DNA from: Candidatus Methylomirabilota bacterium
GTDB lineage: Bacteria > Methylomirabilota > Methylomirabilia > Rokubacteriales > CSP1-6
Length of the DNA: 64,000 bases
Assembly: GCA_035281625.1 (NCBI GenBank)
Contig: DATEDO010000028.1
Span: forward strand, 11,570-75,569
Reading direction: 5' to 3'
Shown: positions 63,980 through 64,000 of the stretch, one piece after another
How the letters are laid out: each line of letters starts with the position of its first letter
Position numbering within the stretch: the stretch's first letter is position 1
The notes under the pieces: generated by a model
Database searches by the model: none
What the model was told of the DNA's origin: nothing
Seen by the model: only the letters and a program-made list of their open reading frames with translations
Program-made: the position numbers and the translations under genes

Positions 63980-64000
63980 ATGACGACGCGGCGTACCTTT
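63980..64000 (+). CDS. Start of an unidentified gene running off the right edge
   Basis: ATG 63980 lies 9 nt after CAGGAGG. Only 7 codons (MTTRRTF) are visible. Confidence 0.3.

Noticed and set aside
1-64000. CRISPR arrays, rRNA or tRNA genes, IS elements, integrases, prophage genes
   Set aside because: I recognised none while reading the ORF translations and the longer intergenic regions. This is a visual inspection only. tRNAscan-SE, Infernal and ISfinder runs would be decisive.

Overview
Very GC-rich bacterial chromosomal DNA (exact GC not computed). Coding density is about 90 percent. A TolC-type outer-membrane factor and lipoprotein signal peptides indicate a diderm host. I could not assign the taxon; it looks like a soil-type high-GC lineage. 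I support about 65 protein-coding genes. In the intergenic regions I inspected by eye I found no rRNA, tRNA, CRISPR array, transposase or integrase. Gene order: (1) a BrnT toxin fragment at the left edge and two convergent Pro-rich secreted paralogs; (2) a translationally coupled zinc metallopeptidase plus ATP-grasp pair; (3) dinB and an orphan gene; (4) a two-gene module (970 aa + 412 aa, 5347-9514) with no recognisable family, which is my best candidate for an undescribed system; (5) cls, stress and membrane genes, a GH15 hydrolase, an alcohol dehydrogenase and a metzincin lipoprotein; (6) two ABC importer loci and an amide or urea-type catabolic cluster (18.4-33 kb); (7) assorted oxidoreductases and transporters, including a SulP-STAS-cNMP fusion and an AurF-like diiron oxygenase; (8) a run of small detoxification-type genes (43-48 kb); (9) an expanded chromate-resistance locus (chrB, an ornithine cyclodeaminase-family gene (ocd-like), chrA, a ChrB-C/LMW-phosphatase fusion, a beta-propeller gene and a convergent second chrA), with a shared AT-rich palindromic operator upstream of chrB and of the second chrA; (10) a CusA/CzcA-type heavy-metal RND operon with His-rich accessory proteins, bracketed by two DUF1259-like gene remnants. 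All family calls rest on motifs read from the supplied translations and on memory of those families. No database search was run. Many long ORFs in the track are antisense or out-of-frame artefacts of the GC-rich sequence and were discarded. Several track ORFs were trimmed to internal starts supported by Shine-Dalgarno sequences or start/stop overlaps.
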